A stretch of DNA of 37,201 nt from a virus (Duplodnaviria > Caudoviricetes), in IMG/VR virus record IMGVR_UViG_3300020045_008319, positions 1 through 37,201 of that record; one strand, given 5' to 3'. The notes under the pieces were generated by a model. It worked only from the letters and a program-made list of their open reading frames with translations. It had not been told where the DNA came from and searched no databases. A program made the translations under genes and the position numbers. Each line of letters opens with the position of its first letter. The stretch's first letter is position 1. Below, in pieces: positions 8,910 through 18,423 of the stretch.

Positions 8910-9818
8910 TTAATTGTTAGTTTTTACTATTGAGAACGGGTTCAAGAAAGAATAACCCATTCTAAAATCAAAACCGTATTTGATCTCCTTAAATTCGATA
9001 TCATCTTTCATCATCCATTCAGGCTTTTTCCGTTCTTGAATTAAGAAAGGTTTAAACGGCGATGCGATATTAATCAAATACCAATCATTGTCTGTTGCTG
9101 CTTGTCGATAATTTACAATTATTTCAGCATCTCCAGAATAAAGGTTTGATTTTGTCCCAGAAACATAAATTAAACTTTGTCTGCTGGATAATAGCGTTGA
9201 AGCCACATCCTGCATGTGGAAAGGAACCAAAGCAACTAGTTTCATGCCCTCGTTGAAAGGTTCATCTTGCTTGTCCTTTAATCCGCCAAGAGCAATTTTA
9301 GCTGCTTTATAATCAGCTTCAAATTCAGTAAGCGAATAAGTAGAAGATGATGTACCAGTCAAAAGATTGTTAATAGTGTTTGATCCAGTGTCAATATTAG
9401 GTCTTGATGTTGCAAACATTGCTGTTCCGTCAAATGCCGTTGCGTTTGCATCTAACAAAAGCTGGCAAAGTTTAGCCGGAAAGCTTTGATACGCATTAAC
9501 AATAGATTTAACCCAGTTTTCTACGTCTCCGCCAAGGTATTCCCTGGAATCATTAATAGTATCTCTATCAACGCCAACACCAGAATCCCAAGATTTGTTT
9601 CGTACTGTTAAAACCTTATTAGAAAAATCTCCAAAATGCCTCTTGTCAAGCCATTCTTTAACGCCCGGAAGAGTTTCAGGAATATGATAGTCTTCTTTAT
9701 CGCTATTACTATTAACGCGATTAAGTATTTTCTCATATTCATTACTAGGAGATGTAGCCATGAGCTGATTAAAATTTCCTTTTATACCTTTCATTACTGC
9801 AATAGGTGAATTATACAT
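8910..9818 (-). CDS. Major capsid protein, Mu gpT-like
   Basis: LPGVKEW…LTVRNKSWDSGVGVDRDTIND, AFDGTAMFATS, DWYLI…KPFLIQERKKP and KYGFDFR match Mu-like major head subunit motifs. Confidence 0.9.
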   Translation of the reverse strand: MYNSPIAVMKGIKGNFNQLMATSPSNEYEKILNRVNSNSDKEDYHIPETLPGVKEWLDKRHFGDFSNKVLTVRNKSWDSGVGVDRDTINDSREYLGGDVENWVKSIVNAYQSFPAKLCQLLLDANATAFDGTAMFATSRPNIDTGSNTINNLLTGTSSSTYSLTEFEADYKAAKIALGGLKDKQDEPFNEGMKLVALVPFHMQDVASTLLSSRQSLIYVSGTKSNLYSGDAEIIVNYRQAATDNDWYLINIASPFKPFLIQERKKPEWMMKDDIEFKEIKYGFDFRMGYSFLNPFSIVKTNN

Positions 9819-9830
9819 AGTTACCTCCCC

Positions 9831-10676
9831 TTATTCCCAGAGCCTATAGACAATGCCATAGGTTCCTACTAAACCAGCCACCGTTGCAGATGCGGTTCCT
9901 GTTACATATTGCCCACTTGTTGCCTTAGCAATCCGGCCATTAGTTCCACCATTAACAACATTCGATAAAACCTTCGCCAAAGATGCGGTACAACCGTCAA
10001 TTAACAAATCGCTTGATGTGGTTCCATTTGCAGCCACACCAACGTCTAACGTAGCAGCGCCCGTTGATCCAGATGTAACATCAAGCAGCATCAATTCAAT
10101 CATTATGGTTTCACCTGTAGGGTTTGCCCATCTAATCACACCGCCAGCAGCAGTGGACGTTGCAGCAGTCAAATTTCCCTTATAAAGGATTGCCCCATTC
10201 GATTGATAAAACACATTCAAATCAACCCAACCGGAAGTAGCTGAAATATAAGTTACTAACGTTCCAACCTTAACACCGCCAGTCATTGATTCGTCTAAAG
10301 TGTAATTATCAGTAGCATAAACGACTTTTCCCAAATCGCTCTGTGCAATAGCTGTAAAAGCTAAAAGATACTGACCCTTTGTATAACAATATCTTACTGT
10401 TTTATCTCCTGCGATTGCAGAAGCAACTTCATTCGCACCGCTGATAGAACCGCTTGCAGTAGTAGCTGCGGGGCCTGAAGTATTTGCTGTTTCATCAGCA
10501 ACAACCACAATTATCCGAGCATCAATTGCTGCCGTTGAATCCATGTTATAAAGATATCCGTCAGCACCAACCGCCGCTAGAGTCCCTTTATATATTGTTT
10601 CGCCTGTTTTAACAGGAAAAGCGATCGGTTCGCCTTGACCTTTCATGTTTATAATTTGTTGTGCAGTTTTAGCCAT
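9831..10676 (-). CDS. Capsid cement/decoration protein with additional C-terminal beta domain
   Basis: FPVKTGETIYKGTLAAVGADGY and DLGKVVYATDNYTL…VKVGTL…GWVD resemble the head-decoration proteins found between Mu-like protease and capsid genes; about 120 aa of extra C-terminal sequence. Confidence 0.7.
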   Translation of the reverse strand: MAKTAQQIINMKGQGEPIAFPVKTGETIYKGTLAAVGADGYLYNMDSTAAIDARIIVVVADETANTSGPAATTASGSISGANEVASAIAGDKTVRYCYTKGQYLLAFTAIAQSDLGKVVYATDNYTLDESMTGGVKVGTLVTYISATSGWVDLNVFYQSNGAILYKGNLTAATSTAAGGVIRWANPTGETIMIELMLLDVTSGSTGAATLDVGVAANGTTSSDLLIDGCTASLAKVLSNVVNGGTNGRIAKATSGQYVTGTASATVAGLVGTYGIVYRLWE

Positions 10677-10685
10677 TTTTTCCTC

Positions 10686-11909
10686 CTATAAAACTTCTTT
10701 TTTGTAACGGTCTATATCATAAGCACCGTCAGGTCTTTTATAACCCATCTGATCCATTACATGATAATCAATGTTTTCAAGTTCAGTTTTGCTTTCAAGA
10801 TTAGTTCTAGTTAATTGTATCGAAGATTTCTTGGGTTTCATGGAAATCATTTTAACCACAAAATCTTTCGATCGATCATATTCAAGTTTCCAATCTTCAA
10901 CTTCTTTTGGATCAATCTGTCCATCTCTTGTTGCAGATTCAAAAAACCTTTCTTTTTCATCAATATGTTTTTCTTCTTCGATCTTGCTCAATTTTGCTTG
11001 AAATTCTTCAGCCTTCTGTTCTGCGACTTCTTTTTGACCAGTAAGTTCTTCCATTTTTGCTAACATTTCTTTCATCATAGCAATAATCTCATCCAAACCC
11101 GGCATTGCAGGGGCATCCTGTAATTTATGGTTTAATGATCCTTCGAACTTAGCCAATTTTTCTTTTACTTCTGACACTACCATATTTCCTCCTTTTATTT
11201 TTTCAAGACGAATTTGATCTTGTAATTTTGGATTTTCACCTTCGAGAGCTGGAATATTTGTAAGCGTTATCGCAAGCAAAACATTTTTATGTAACTCTTT
11301 TTCTGTATCAACCCTATCACCCCACTCTGGCGAAACATAACTATATATATTATCTTTTACTACTGTTTGACCTCTTGAGTTCAAATTAATTTTTGCATAA
11401 AGACCATCGTCTTTTTTATACAAATCTAATATATCGCCAAACTTTTCTCCTCGTTTATGTTGCTCATCAACAAATGGCTTAAAAAGCTTTTCGTTTTTAA
11501 AATTAGTTATTATTTGATCAAACATTGCGTCGTTTAATTCAAGATATTTCCCCTCATGATCTATATAAACTCTTTTTTTCGGGAAAACTTTTATTTCATA
11601 TTGTGTTGATTTGTCTAATTGATGAATCTGCAATTCAAACTTTGAAGATTCTCCAATAGTATCAAATATTTCTAGTATTTTATCGTCTGTTATACTAAAT
11701 CCATTTTTATCAAAAAGCTTTTTTATATCACTCATTACTTCTATCTTGCTTTTGGGTTTTCTCTCTTGTTCAATTGAGGTTGATTTTCTGAAATTTGTCA
11801 TGCAAATCGCTACTGCCTGTTCTTGATCTTTCCCCTCATTAATCATCATGGGAACACACTCTTTCATATACGTTGATTCATCTTTATTTCCTATTTCTGG
11901 CAATGGCAT
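10686..11909 (-). CDS. Mu gpI-like prohead protease/scaffold
   Basis: FVDEQH, GLYAKINLNSRG…YSYVSPEW and LLAITLTNIPAL are Mu-like protease motifs; C-terminal coiled-coil scaffold; GGAGG SD. Confidence 0.88.
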   Translation of the reverse strand: MPLPEIGNKDESTYMKECVPMMINEGKDQEQAVAICMTNFRKSTSIEQERKPKSKIEVMSDIKKLFDKNGFSITDDKILEIFDTIGESSKFELQIHQLDKSTQYEIKVFPKKRVYIDHEGKYLELNDAMFDQIITNFKNEKLFKPFVDEQHKRGEKFGDILDLYKKDDGLYAKINLNSRGQTVVKDNIYSYVSPEWGDRVDTEKELHKNVLLAITLTNIPALEGENPKLQDQIRLEKIKGGNMVVSEVKEKLAKFEGSLNHKLQDAPAMPGLDEIIAMMKEMLAKMEELTGQKEVAEQKAEEFQAKLSKIEEEKHIDEKERFFESATRDGQIDPKEVEDWKLEYDRSKDFVVKMISMKPKKSSIQLTRTNLESKTELENIDYHVMDQMGYKRPDGAYDIDRYKKEVL

Positions 11910-11921
11910 TTACATTCCTCC

Positions 11922-11954
11922 AAAAAAAAAGACCCAATTTTAAATTGGGCCTTT
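11922..11954 (-). terminator. Terminator-like hairpin with U9 tract directly upstream of the protease SD
   Basis: Minus strand reads AAAGG-CCCAATTT-A-AAATTGGG-TC-TTTTTTTTT-GGAGG…ATG. Confidence 0.6.
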
Positions 11955-12111
11955 AGGTACTCCAAGATATATTTTGATATATACAAATTTTTCCTGAATC
12001 AGGAATTTTTTTATTCCTATTATATTCCAACTTTATTTTAACATACGGAATCATATCGGTCAATATCAAACATTCTCTTTTTATTTTTTCTATTTGTTCT
12101 TGCGTTGTCAT
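11953..12111 (-). CDS. Small hypothetical protein (52 aa), not in ORF track
   Basis: ATG overlaps the portal stop (ATGA). Translation MTTQEQIEKIKRECLILTDMIPYVKIKLEYNRNKKIPDSGKICIYQNISWST. Fills the gap. Confidence 0.55.
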   Translation of the reverse strand: MTTQEQIEKIKRECLILTDMIPYVKIKLEYNRNKKIPDSGKICIYQNISWST

Positions 12112-14135
12112 TTTAAACTATATGCCATAAGCTGGCATCTGCAATTATCCCTTCCTAGACAATCGGGATTTACTGTTTTTTTACCAATATTAAGTCCTGC
12201 GTTTTCTATTTCTTCTTGTGTTAATATCAACCCATCTAAAGGTGCGCAATGATCGCAAAGGCTCCGATCCATTGCAGCGGTATAAAAATAAGTATTAATA
12301 TCATCTGATAAATCTAATAGAGTGGCTCCTCGTCCCTCGGTATAACCGTTTTCTATATCATTAACTATATTGTTTTTTTCACCCTTAAATCCGGTTTCAA
12401 ATCCAAGAATGAAATTCTCTAGGCCGCCTTTATTCTCTATGTATTGATCTGATACACCTTCCATTTTATTTTCTATCACGTTTTTTATTCTGAAAAAAAA
12501 GTTTTTAATGTTTTTTTCAACTGTCTTTCCTGTGTTTGGATTGGGCTGTATTGGTTTTTTTGCTAAAGCGATTGTTCCCTTTTGTAATTTAGCTATTTCT
12601 TTTTTTATATCTTTTACTCCGCGTTCAAAACCATTGTTATAAAGATCTAACATAGTTTTAGTAGCATCATTAATAATTCTATTTGATATTAATATATCTT
12701 TATTGCGGTTTGTTTTTAATTGATTATAAATTTCTAGTATAAACTCATGTGTAAAACTTTCAATTGTATTTTTTGCCTTATCAGAGATTGTTTCATAATG
12801 TTCATTAGCTGATTCGAGTTCAAAATGATTTGTTTCCCAGTCTAGTAAGTCTTGACTTAGTTTTCTAGTTTTATTTTTAGATAGTTTCTCTGTTATTTTA
12901 GGCGGTTCATTAACAATGACTTCTGGAATAACTACCTCTGGCATTCCAAAGATTTGCCGAAGAAACTTTTCATCATCTTTTGTATAATTTAAAAACCCGC
13001 TCTGGGCTAAAGCTGAAATCTGTTGTGCGGTTTTAGCCAAATCAATGCTTTTAATTGTATTAAACTTTATTAAAGGCCAATCCTCTTCTGTTATGTTTTT
13101 AAAAAATGACATCTCCATTGTTTTATCAATCATCTTTTGGATATTATCTTCTAACAACTGTAAAACATAACTAGCCATTAATTCGTATGAAGCCTTATGT
13201 TCTCCTGTTGATGACCTTGACCCGTTTTGACCAATGCCAGAAGTAATAAATTGTGTTAGTGTGTTATAAAACATTTGTCTATCAAAATAATCTACTAAAC
13301 CTATAACATCCTGTTGGTTCTTTAGCTCTAAAAGTTCAATCCTTGCCTTTTCTTCGTCAAGTAAGAAATATCCGTTTTGAACATTACTTAATGTCCGACC
13401 AAGAGTTTCCATTCTTACTTTATCTGCATTGCTTAATTGGCCCTTGCTATATACGCCTACAATTCCTGTGCCTCTTTGGGTTGCGATAGTTTTAGCATTT
13501 AAGACCTTATGTTTACAATCCCAAAAAAACCTAATAGTTCTGAATATTGATCGACCGCGAATATCATTAAACTCTTCTCCATAAGTAAAATAATCTAAAT
13601 TTTCTTTATCAATATTAATAAGAGTTTGTCCTTTTTCAGGCGTTCTTTTTGCGTGTTGAATACCAATAAAATCAGTGAAATCGTCATAATAAAATCTTTG
13701 TATTGTTTCATTTTGGATAGGATTAAACCAAATTGGCCTGTTTGTTGTTTTGCCATTATATTTATCGCCATATTTTACTATCATTTCATGCATTGATAAA
13801 CCATAATCAATTGCTAAAAGTTTATGGTGCTTGTAATAACCAAACCCCTTTTTCATATTATCAATAACCCAATAAACATAATCGCTGATTTCATTGTTCG
13901 GCGTTTCAATCCGATATTCTGACATTAAAATCGGATACTTTAATATATCAACTGTGCTAGAAGCCAAAGGATCGGAATTTCTGATTTTATAATAATCCGC
14001 TTGTAAATCTGTCCAGCTAATATTGTCAAAATCATTAGTCTTTATTTCACCTGCAGCAATCATAATTCCAGTGTTAGTTTCTTGTTCTTTTTTTATTGTT
14101 TGTTCGTCTGTTGGAACCTTTTTCTTTCTTCCCAT
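12108..14135 (-). CDS. Portal protein (DUF935/Mu gp29-like) fused to a MuF/SPP1 gp7-like minor head domain
   Basis: Portal motifs LLAIDYGLSMHE, RGRSIFR, GSRSSTGEH and EKFLRQIFGMP. C-terminal MuF-type YTAAMDRSLCDHCAPLDG…NPDCLGRDNCRC. Confidence 0.85.
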   Translation of the reverse strand: MGRKKKVPTDEQTIKKEQETNTGIMIAAGEIKTNDFDNISWTDLQADYYKIRNSDPLASSTVDILKYPILMSEYRIETPNNEISDYVYWVIDNMKKGFGYYKHHKLLAIDYGLSMHEMIVKYGDKYNGKTTNRPIWFNPIQNETIQRFYYDDFTDFIGIQHAKRTPEKGQTLINIDKENLDYFTYGEEFNDIRGRSIFRTIRFFWDCKHKVLNAKTIATQRGTGIVGVYSKGQLSNADKVRMETLGRTLSNVQNGYFLLDEEKARIELLELKNQQDVIGLVDYFDRQMFYNTLTQFITSGIGQNGSRSSTGEHKASYELMASYVLQLLEDNIQKMIDKTMEMSFFKNITEEDWPLIKFNTIKSIDLAKTAQQISALAQSGFLNYTKDDEKFLRQIFGMPEVVIPEVIVNEPPKITEKLSKNKTRKLSQDLLDWETNHFELESANEHYETISDKAKNTIESFTHEFILEIYNQLKTNRNKDILISNRIINDATKTMLDLYNNGFERGVKDIKKEIAKLQKGTIALAKKPIQPNPNTGKTVEKNIKNFFFRIKNVIENKMEGVSDQYIENKGGLENFILGFETGFKGEKNNIVNDIENGYTEGRGATLLDLSDDINTYFYTAAMDRSLCDHCAPLDGLILTQEEIENAGLNIGKKTVNPDCLGRDNCRCQLMAYSLK

Positions 14136-14968
14136 TATGCACCCCTATCTTCATTCCAATATTCGTTCTGTAACGCCCCGAAATATTGGAGATATTTTTC
14201 TTTTTGTTCTTTCGCAGTATTAAGGTTTTTATCTAAAACAGATTTGTCTTTTTCAAGCATCTTTAAAAGTTCGTTTTTATTAGTTCCTCTTTCAAAATGT
14301 GAATACATTTCTAACGCGCCTAAATATTTATTTATTTTTGCAGTAAGGTTTTCAATGTTATGAAATGAAATGTGCAATTGATTCCATAAATGCTTACGCC
14401 AAGATTTTATCTTATAAATATTAGGTCTCTCTTTATATCCATAAAGAATATCGCCAAAAAACAACTCGCAATCCTCGGGAAAATATACATTAATATTTTC
14501 TTTTTTACTTAACTTTTCAATCCAATACTCTATTCCTGGCCGTTCAAGGAAATATTCTTGCCCTGCGTTTAATAGGATTTTATAAAAATATATTTCTTTA
14601 TAGCCCATCATTGCGGCTAAAACAAACATGTAACAAAATGTCGATGTAAAAAATTCTACTCCGCCATATTCAACGACTTCTTTTAACGGAAATGTTTTTG
14701 CATTAGGAATGATTTGTTTAGTTAAACTATCATCAGCATTCTGAACATAAATAGGTATTTCACCAAAACGTTTAAAATCATAAGATTTATTATCAATAAT
14801 TGTTACTAGTTTTGTTGGCGGATGAATTTCAAACCCGAAATCCATTCTTTTAATATCGTCGTGAGCTTTTCCAAAACAAGAACCGCATCCCCATATTTCA
14901 TAATCGGGATCATCATAAGGAACATCAAATACACTTTCTGCAGTTCCTAACAAGATTAATTTTTTCAT
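14135..14968 (-). CDS. Putative nonulosonic acid (sialyl-type) transferase, CstII(GT42)/Maf-like fold
   Basis: N-terminal KKLILLGTAES parallels the KKVIIAGNGPS strand of CstII-type enzymes. TSTFCYMFVLAAMMGYKEIY parallels TSGVYMCAVAIALGYKEIY (compared from memory). Lies downstream of neuA. Confidence 0.55.
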   Translation of the reverse strand: MKKLILLGTAESVFDVPYDDPDYEIWGCGSCFGKAHDDIKRMDFGFEIHPPTKLVTIIDNKSYDFKRFGEIPIYVQNADDSLTKQIIPNAKTFPLKEVVEYGGVEFFTSTFCYMFVLAAMMGYKEIYFYKILLNAGQEYFLERPGIEYWIEKLSKKENINVYFPEDCELFFGDILYGYKERPNIYKIKSWRKHLWNQLHISFHNIENLTAKINKYLGALEMYSHFERGTNKNELLKMLEKDKSVLDKNLNTAKEQKEKYLQYFGALQNEYWNEDRGA

Positions 14969-15528
14969 TATTTTACCTCATACCAATTTATAACATAGCC
15001 TATAAAATTATTTGTAGTAACTTCGTTTAAAACTCTAATATTGTATTTTTTATTAGGCTTAAATTCGAACTCATTTAAAGCTCTTTCAGTTCCGCCTATG
15101 TTTCTACTCGATCCTAAATGCCTATCTAAAATTGTTGTTGCGCCTGATCTATTAATGTTGCCTGTTAAAGCCCCTTGGTAATTAATAACGTTCGATGTTT
15201 TTGTTGAATTTCTGTTGCGATTAATAGATGAAATCTGTGTCCCGGATAGAGACGCGGAAACTGTAATATCCTCATAAATAATATAACTGCATTCTGCTTC
15301 TGTATCTAAATCAAACAATAAGTGATGTTCGGTTTCTTCATTGGGCGTATGAATAATTATATTATGTGATGCTGAGTTTCCTAAATCAATTGTATTACTA
15401 CTAACATAACTATTGCCTTCGTGTATTTTATGATGTTCACCGTTAATAATAACCAATCCGTTTATATCGCTATCTACCGAAACACGGTGATTATATTTAT
15501 CAACAATTTCTACTATTTCGGTTGCCAT
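14968..15528 (-). CDS. Hypothetical beta-rich protein with EHHKIHEG motif
   Basis: Coupled by TAATG overlaps on both sides; no function recognised. Confidence 0.7.
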   Translation of the reverse strand: MATEIVEIVDKYNHRVSVDSDINGLVIINGEHHKIHEGNSYVSSNTIDLGNSASHNIIIHTPNEETEHHLLFDLDTEAECSYIIYEDITVSASLSGTQISSINRNRNSTKTSNVINYQGALTGNINRSGATTILDRHLGSSRNIGGTERALNEFEFKPNKKYNIRVLNEVTTNNFIGYVINWYEVK

Positions 15529-16079
15529 TACATGCCCCTTTGTGCTTTTATAAAATCATCTATTGTATCAATGTCAACGGAATTTGTATGATTCATTTTA
15601 TATTTTTTAACGTTATAATACAACCCGTATTTTTTATAATTATCTATCGAAGTATAATAAATAGCACCGTTTATTTTATCCGTGCGTTTATCGTAGGAAA
15701 TTATAGAGTTAATTGTTGGATCATAATTACTAATTACAGTTTTAATATCTGTTAATTCTCTAAGTGGACTTGTAACCTGTAATAACATTATATTATCACA
15801 ATCTGTATATTTGTCTAACACATCATCAATTACTTTTTCCATTGGAACTTCGTCTAAACATAACTCATTTTTTCTTTGAATAATATTAACTGGATAATTC
15901 TTAGATTTTTTTATGATAAAATTATCATCGGTTGTTACAACTATTCTTTTGAACTCTCTTGTTGCTACGGCCTGGCTTATTGTCCATTCAAATAAAGGGA
16001 ACCCTGCCAATAGTCTAGTATTCTTTCCTGGAAGTCTTTTTGAATTTTTTCTGGCCGGGATAATTGCCATGGTTTTCAT
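15528..16079 (-). CDS. neuA: CMP-nonulosonate synthetase (acylneuraminate cytidylyltransferase)
   Basis: IIPARKNSKRLPGKN, VVTTDD, LLQVTSPLR, NGAIY and SVDIDTIDDF motifs. Confidence 0.92.
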   Translation of the reverse strand: MKTMAIIPARKNSKRLPGKNTRLLAGFPLFEWTISQAVATREFKRIVVTTDDNFIIKKSKNYPVNIIQRKNELCLDEVPMEKVIDDVLDKYTDCDNIMLLQVTSPLRELTDIKTVISNYDPTINSIISYDKRTDKINGAIYYTSIDNYKKYGLYYNVKKYKMNHTNSVDIDTIDDFIKAQRGM

Positions 16080-17419
16080 TGATATTTTTTATCCTGTTTT
16101 AAGAATGTGTTATTATATATTTTTTTTATAAATCGGTCTATATTAACACTGACAATTATTTTTATAAAATTATTTAACCATTTATTTTGAACAAATAAAT
16201 TTAATAAATAAGACAACCGTATTATTTTCTTTTCATCTTTAAGTTTTATCTTAGTTCTTCCTGAGCGTTTATCAAAATCCTTTTGAAAAGTAGTCCCAAA
16301 ATCATCATCCATGTTTTGGAGCAACAACCTGTCTTTAGCATAGTTATAAACTTCGGTACCTTTAAACGGTTGTAATACACATGCCTTTGCAATTTCAGGT
16401 TCTATTTTCTGATTTAATTCTACCGTTTTTATTGCCGAGTTTAAATTCTCAAAAGGCAAACCAAATATATTTGTTGTTTGAACTCTTATACCATATTTTT
16501 TAAACCATTGCCCAGCATCAATCATTTGTTTATCTGTCATATTTCTGTTTAATATATTGTTGCGTATAAAAGAATCCCCATGCTCAACCCCGAAATCTAC
16601 TCTATTACAGCCTGTTTCAGACATTATTTTAACCAACTCTTCGTCCAATAAATTCACTCGCACATTACAAATATAAGGTTTATTAATTTCTTTCTTTATT
16701 CTTTGTATTAGAGTTATAAACCATTCCCTATTAAGATTCATTGTATCTGAAATAAATTGTAGCCATTTGAATCCGTACTTATCATTCAATTGTTTTATTT
16801 CATCCATTGCTTTATCTATATTCATATTTTGAATTATTGTCCCCTTTCCGTGATACATCTTATTTAATACCGGATTATAACAAAATGAACACTGAAAAGG
16901 GCATCCCCGGACAATATAAACTTGTTTTGTTGATTTGTTTTTTAAAAGACTATATTTATCATAATACAAATTATAATCAGGCATTGGGAGTTTGTTTATA
17001 TCAAATATGTTTCTTATTTCATTTTTAATTATTGTTTTACCAACTTTGAACCATAAGTTTTTTATATCCCGCCTTTTTGGTTCATTAACATATTCTAATA
17101 AAGCCTCATATCCTTCCCCAACACACAATATATCAACGTGTTGTATTACATCTTCTGGATTAAATGTCGCATGTGCGCCGCCAACGATTACCTTTTTCCC
17201 TACTGCTCTAACAGTTTTTATTATCTCAATGTCTTCTTTCCAAGATGGTGTTGAGCTTGAAAACGCATATAAATCCGCCTTGTCTTTAAGAATTTCTATA
17301 ATAGATTCTTTAGAATAAATAAATATATTGGTTATATGTCCTGCTTTTTTCAATAAAGCAGATAAATACATAATCCCAAACTGTTCCCTAAAAGACTGCT
17401 GTATAAAAGTTATCTTCAT
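16076..17419 (-). CDS. B12-binding domain radical SAM enzyme (class B methyltransferase-like)
   Basis: N-terminal GIMYLSALLKKAGH…GGAHATFNPE…VGEG cobalamin-binding domain; RGCPFQCSFC (CxxxCxxC); FGVEHG, IFGLP and PFKGT motifs. Confidence 0.92.
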   Translation of the reverse strand: MKITFIQQSFREQFGIMYLSALLKKAGHITNIFIYSKESIIEILKDKADLYAFSSSTPSWKEDIEIIKTVRAVGKKVIVGGAHATFNPEDVIQHVDILCVGEGYEALLEYVNEPKRRDIKNLWFKVGKTIIKNEIRNIFDINKLPMPDYNLYYDKYSLLKNKSTKQVYIVRGCPFQCSFCYNPVLNKMYHGKGTIIQNMNIDKAMDEIKQLNDKYGFKWLQFISDTMNLNREWFITLIQRIKKEINKPYICNVRVNLLDEELVKIMSETGCNRVDFGVEHGDSFIRNNILNRNMTDKQMIDAGQWFKKYGIRVQTTNIFGLPFENLNSAIKTVELNQKIEPEIAKACVLQPFKGTEVYNYAKDRLLLQNMDDDFGTTFQKDFDKRSGRTKIKLKDEKKIIRLSYLLNLFVQNKWLNNFIKIIVSVNIDRFIKKIYNNTFLKQDKKYQ

Positions 17420-18423
17420 AAAACCCTTGATAAAATATCAGCTATTTTTCTCGATACATATATAAGCTTTTTTGATTTATACCTTTTAGCTTTATTAACT
17501 GCTTTTATAATTGCTTCTTTTTCACATTTTATTGTCTTTGATCCTTCCCTTCCAGCTTGTCGTTCACCCACATTAATAAACGGAAGCCCAAAATATGGAG
17601 CTTCCATTACCCCAGCTGAACTATTCCCAATCATTAAATCTGCATGAAATAACAAGCTTGTCCAATCAACTAAATCTAACTCCCTTAGCTCTCCTAGTTT
17701 TGAAAACCTATCTATTAATTCTCTACTTCCTTTATCAATATTAGGGCGTATTATAACATATTGTAAAGCTAATTCCTTTAATGCATCGATTAATTCTTCT
17801 GGGTCTTCGTCTGATTTTGTGGCGGGATGATATAAAACAATGGCTGTTTTTTTATTTGTTTTAAGTTTTAATTCATTAAATAATTCGGTTTTATCTTTTA
17901 ATATAATTCTGTTTAATGTGTCAATTCTTGGAGAACCCACAACAAAAACATTCTTTTTAATACCAATTTGTTTAAGTCTTTTTTTTGCTTTGTTGGATAT
18001 AACAAAATGATATTGAGATGCCCGGCTTATCCAATCCCTAAATATATCGTCATAACTCCCATTGCTTATTTCGCCGCCGCCAAGATGAATTATTGGAATG
18101 TTTTGAATAACAGCATTGAAAACAGTTATTAAAATTTCCCATCGATCGCCTAAAACTATAATATAATCCGGGTTCATGTTTTCTAAATATGTTTTAATTT
18201 TATCATTGATTTCATTAAAACCATTTTTAAAGTTTATTTTTCTAAAATCTATGAATGTTATGTCGGGCATATATATTAAATCATCAAAATCAATCTTACG
18301 ATCTAAGTTCATAACCGTAAAATTAACTTTTAAATTCTCTTTTTTCTGGCATTCAAGGGCTAACATGTTTAACATGTGAACCTCAGCTCTGCTTCCAGAA
18401 ATAACTAAAATATTAACATCCAT
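17416..18423 (-). CDS. neuC: Hydrolysing UDP/GDP-N-acetylglucosamine 2-epimerase (NeuC/LegG-like)
   Basis: GSRAE, LGDRWE, HLGGGEISNGSYDD, VGSP, YHP, GNSSAG and NVGERQAGR motifs. Start moved to the ATG at 18423 (MDVNIL), which follows GAAGG. Confidence 0.9.
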   Translation of the reverse strand: MDVNILVISGSRAEVHMLNMLALECQKKENLKVNFTVMNLDRKIDFDDLIYMPDITFIDFRKINFKNGFNEINDKIKTYLENMNPDYIIVLGDRWEILITVFNAVIQNIPIIHLGGGEISNGSYDDIFRDWISRASQYHFVISNKAKKRLKQIGIKKNVFVVGSPRIDTLNRIILKDKTELFNELKLKTNKKTAIVLYHPATKSDEDPEELIDALKELALQYVIIRPNIDKGSRELIDRFSKLGELRELDLVDWTSLLFHADLMIGNSSAGVMEAPYFGLPFINVGERQAGREGSKTIKCEKEAIIKAVNKAKRYKSKKLIYVSRKIADILSRVL

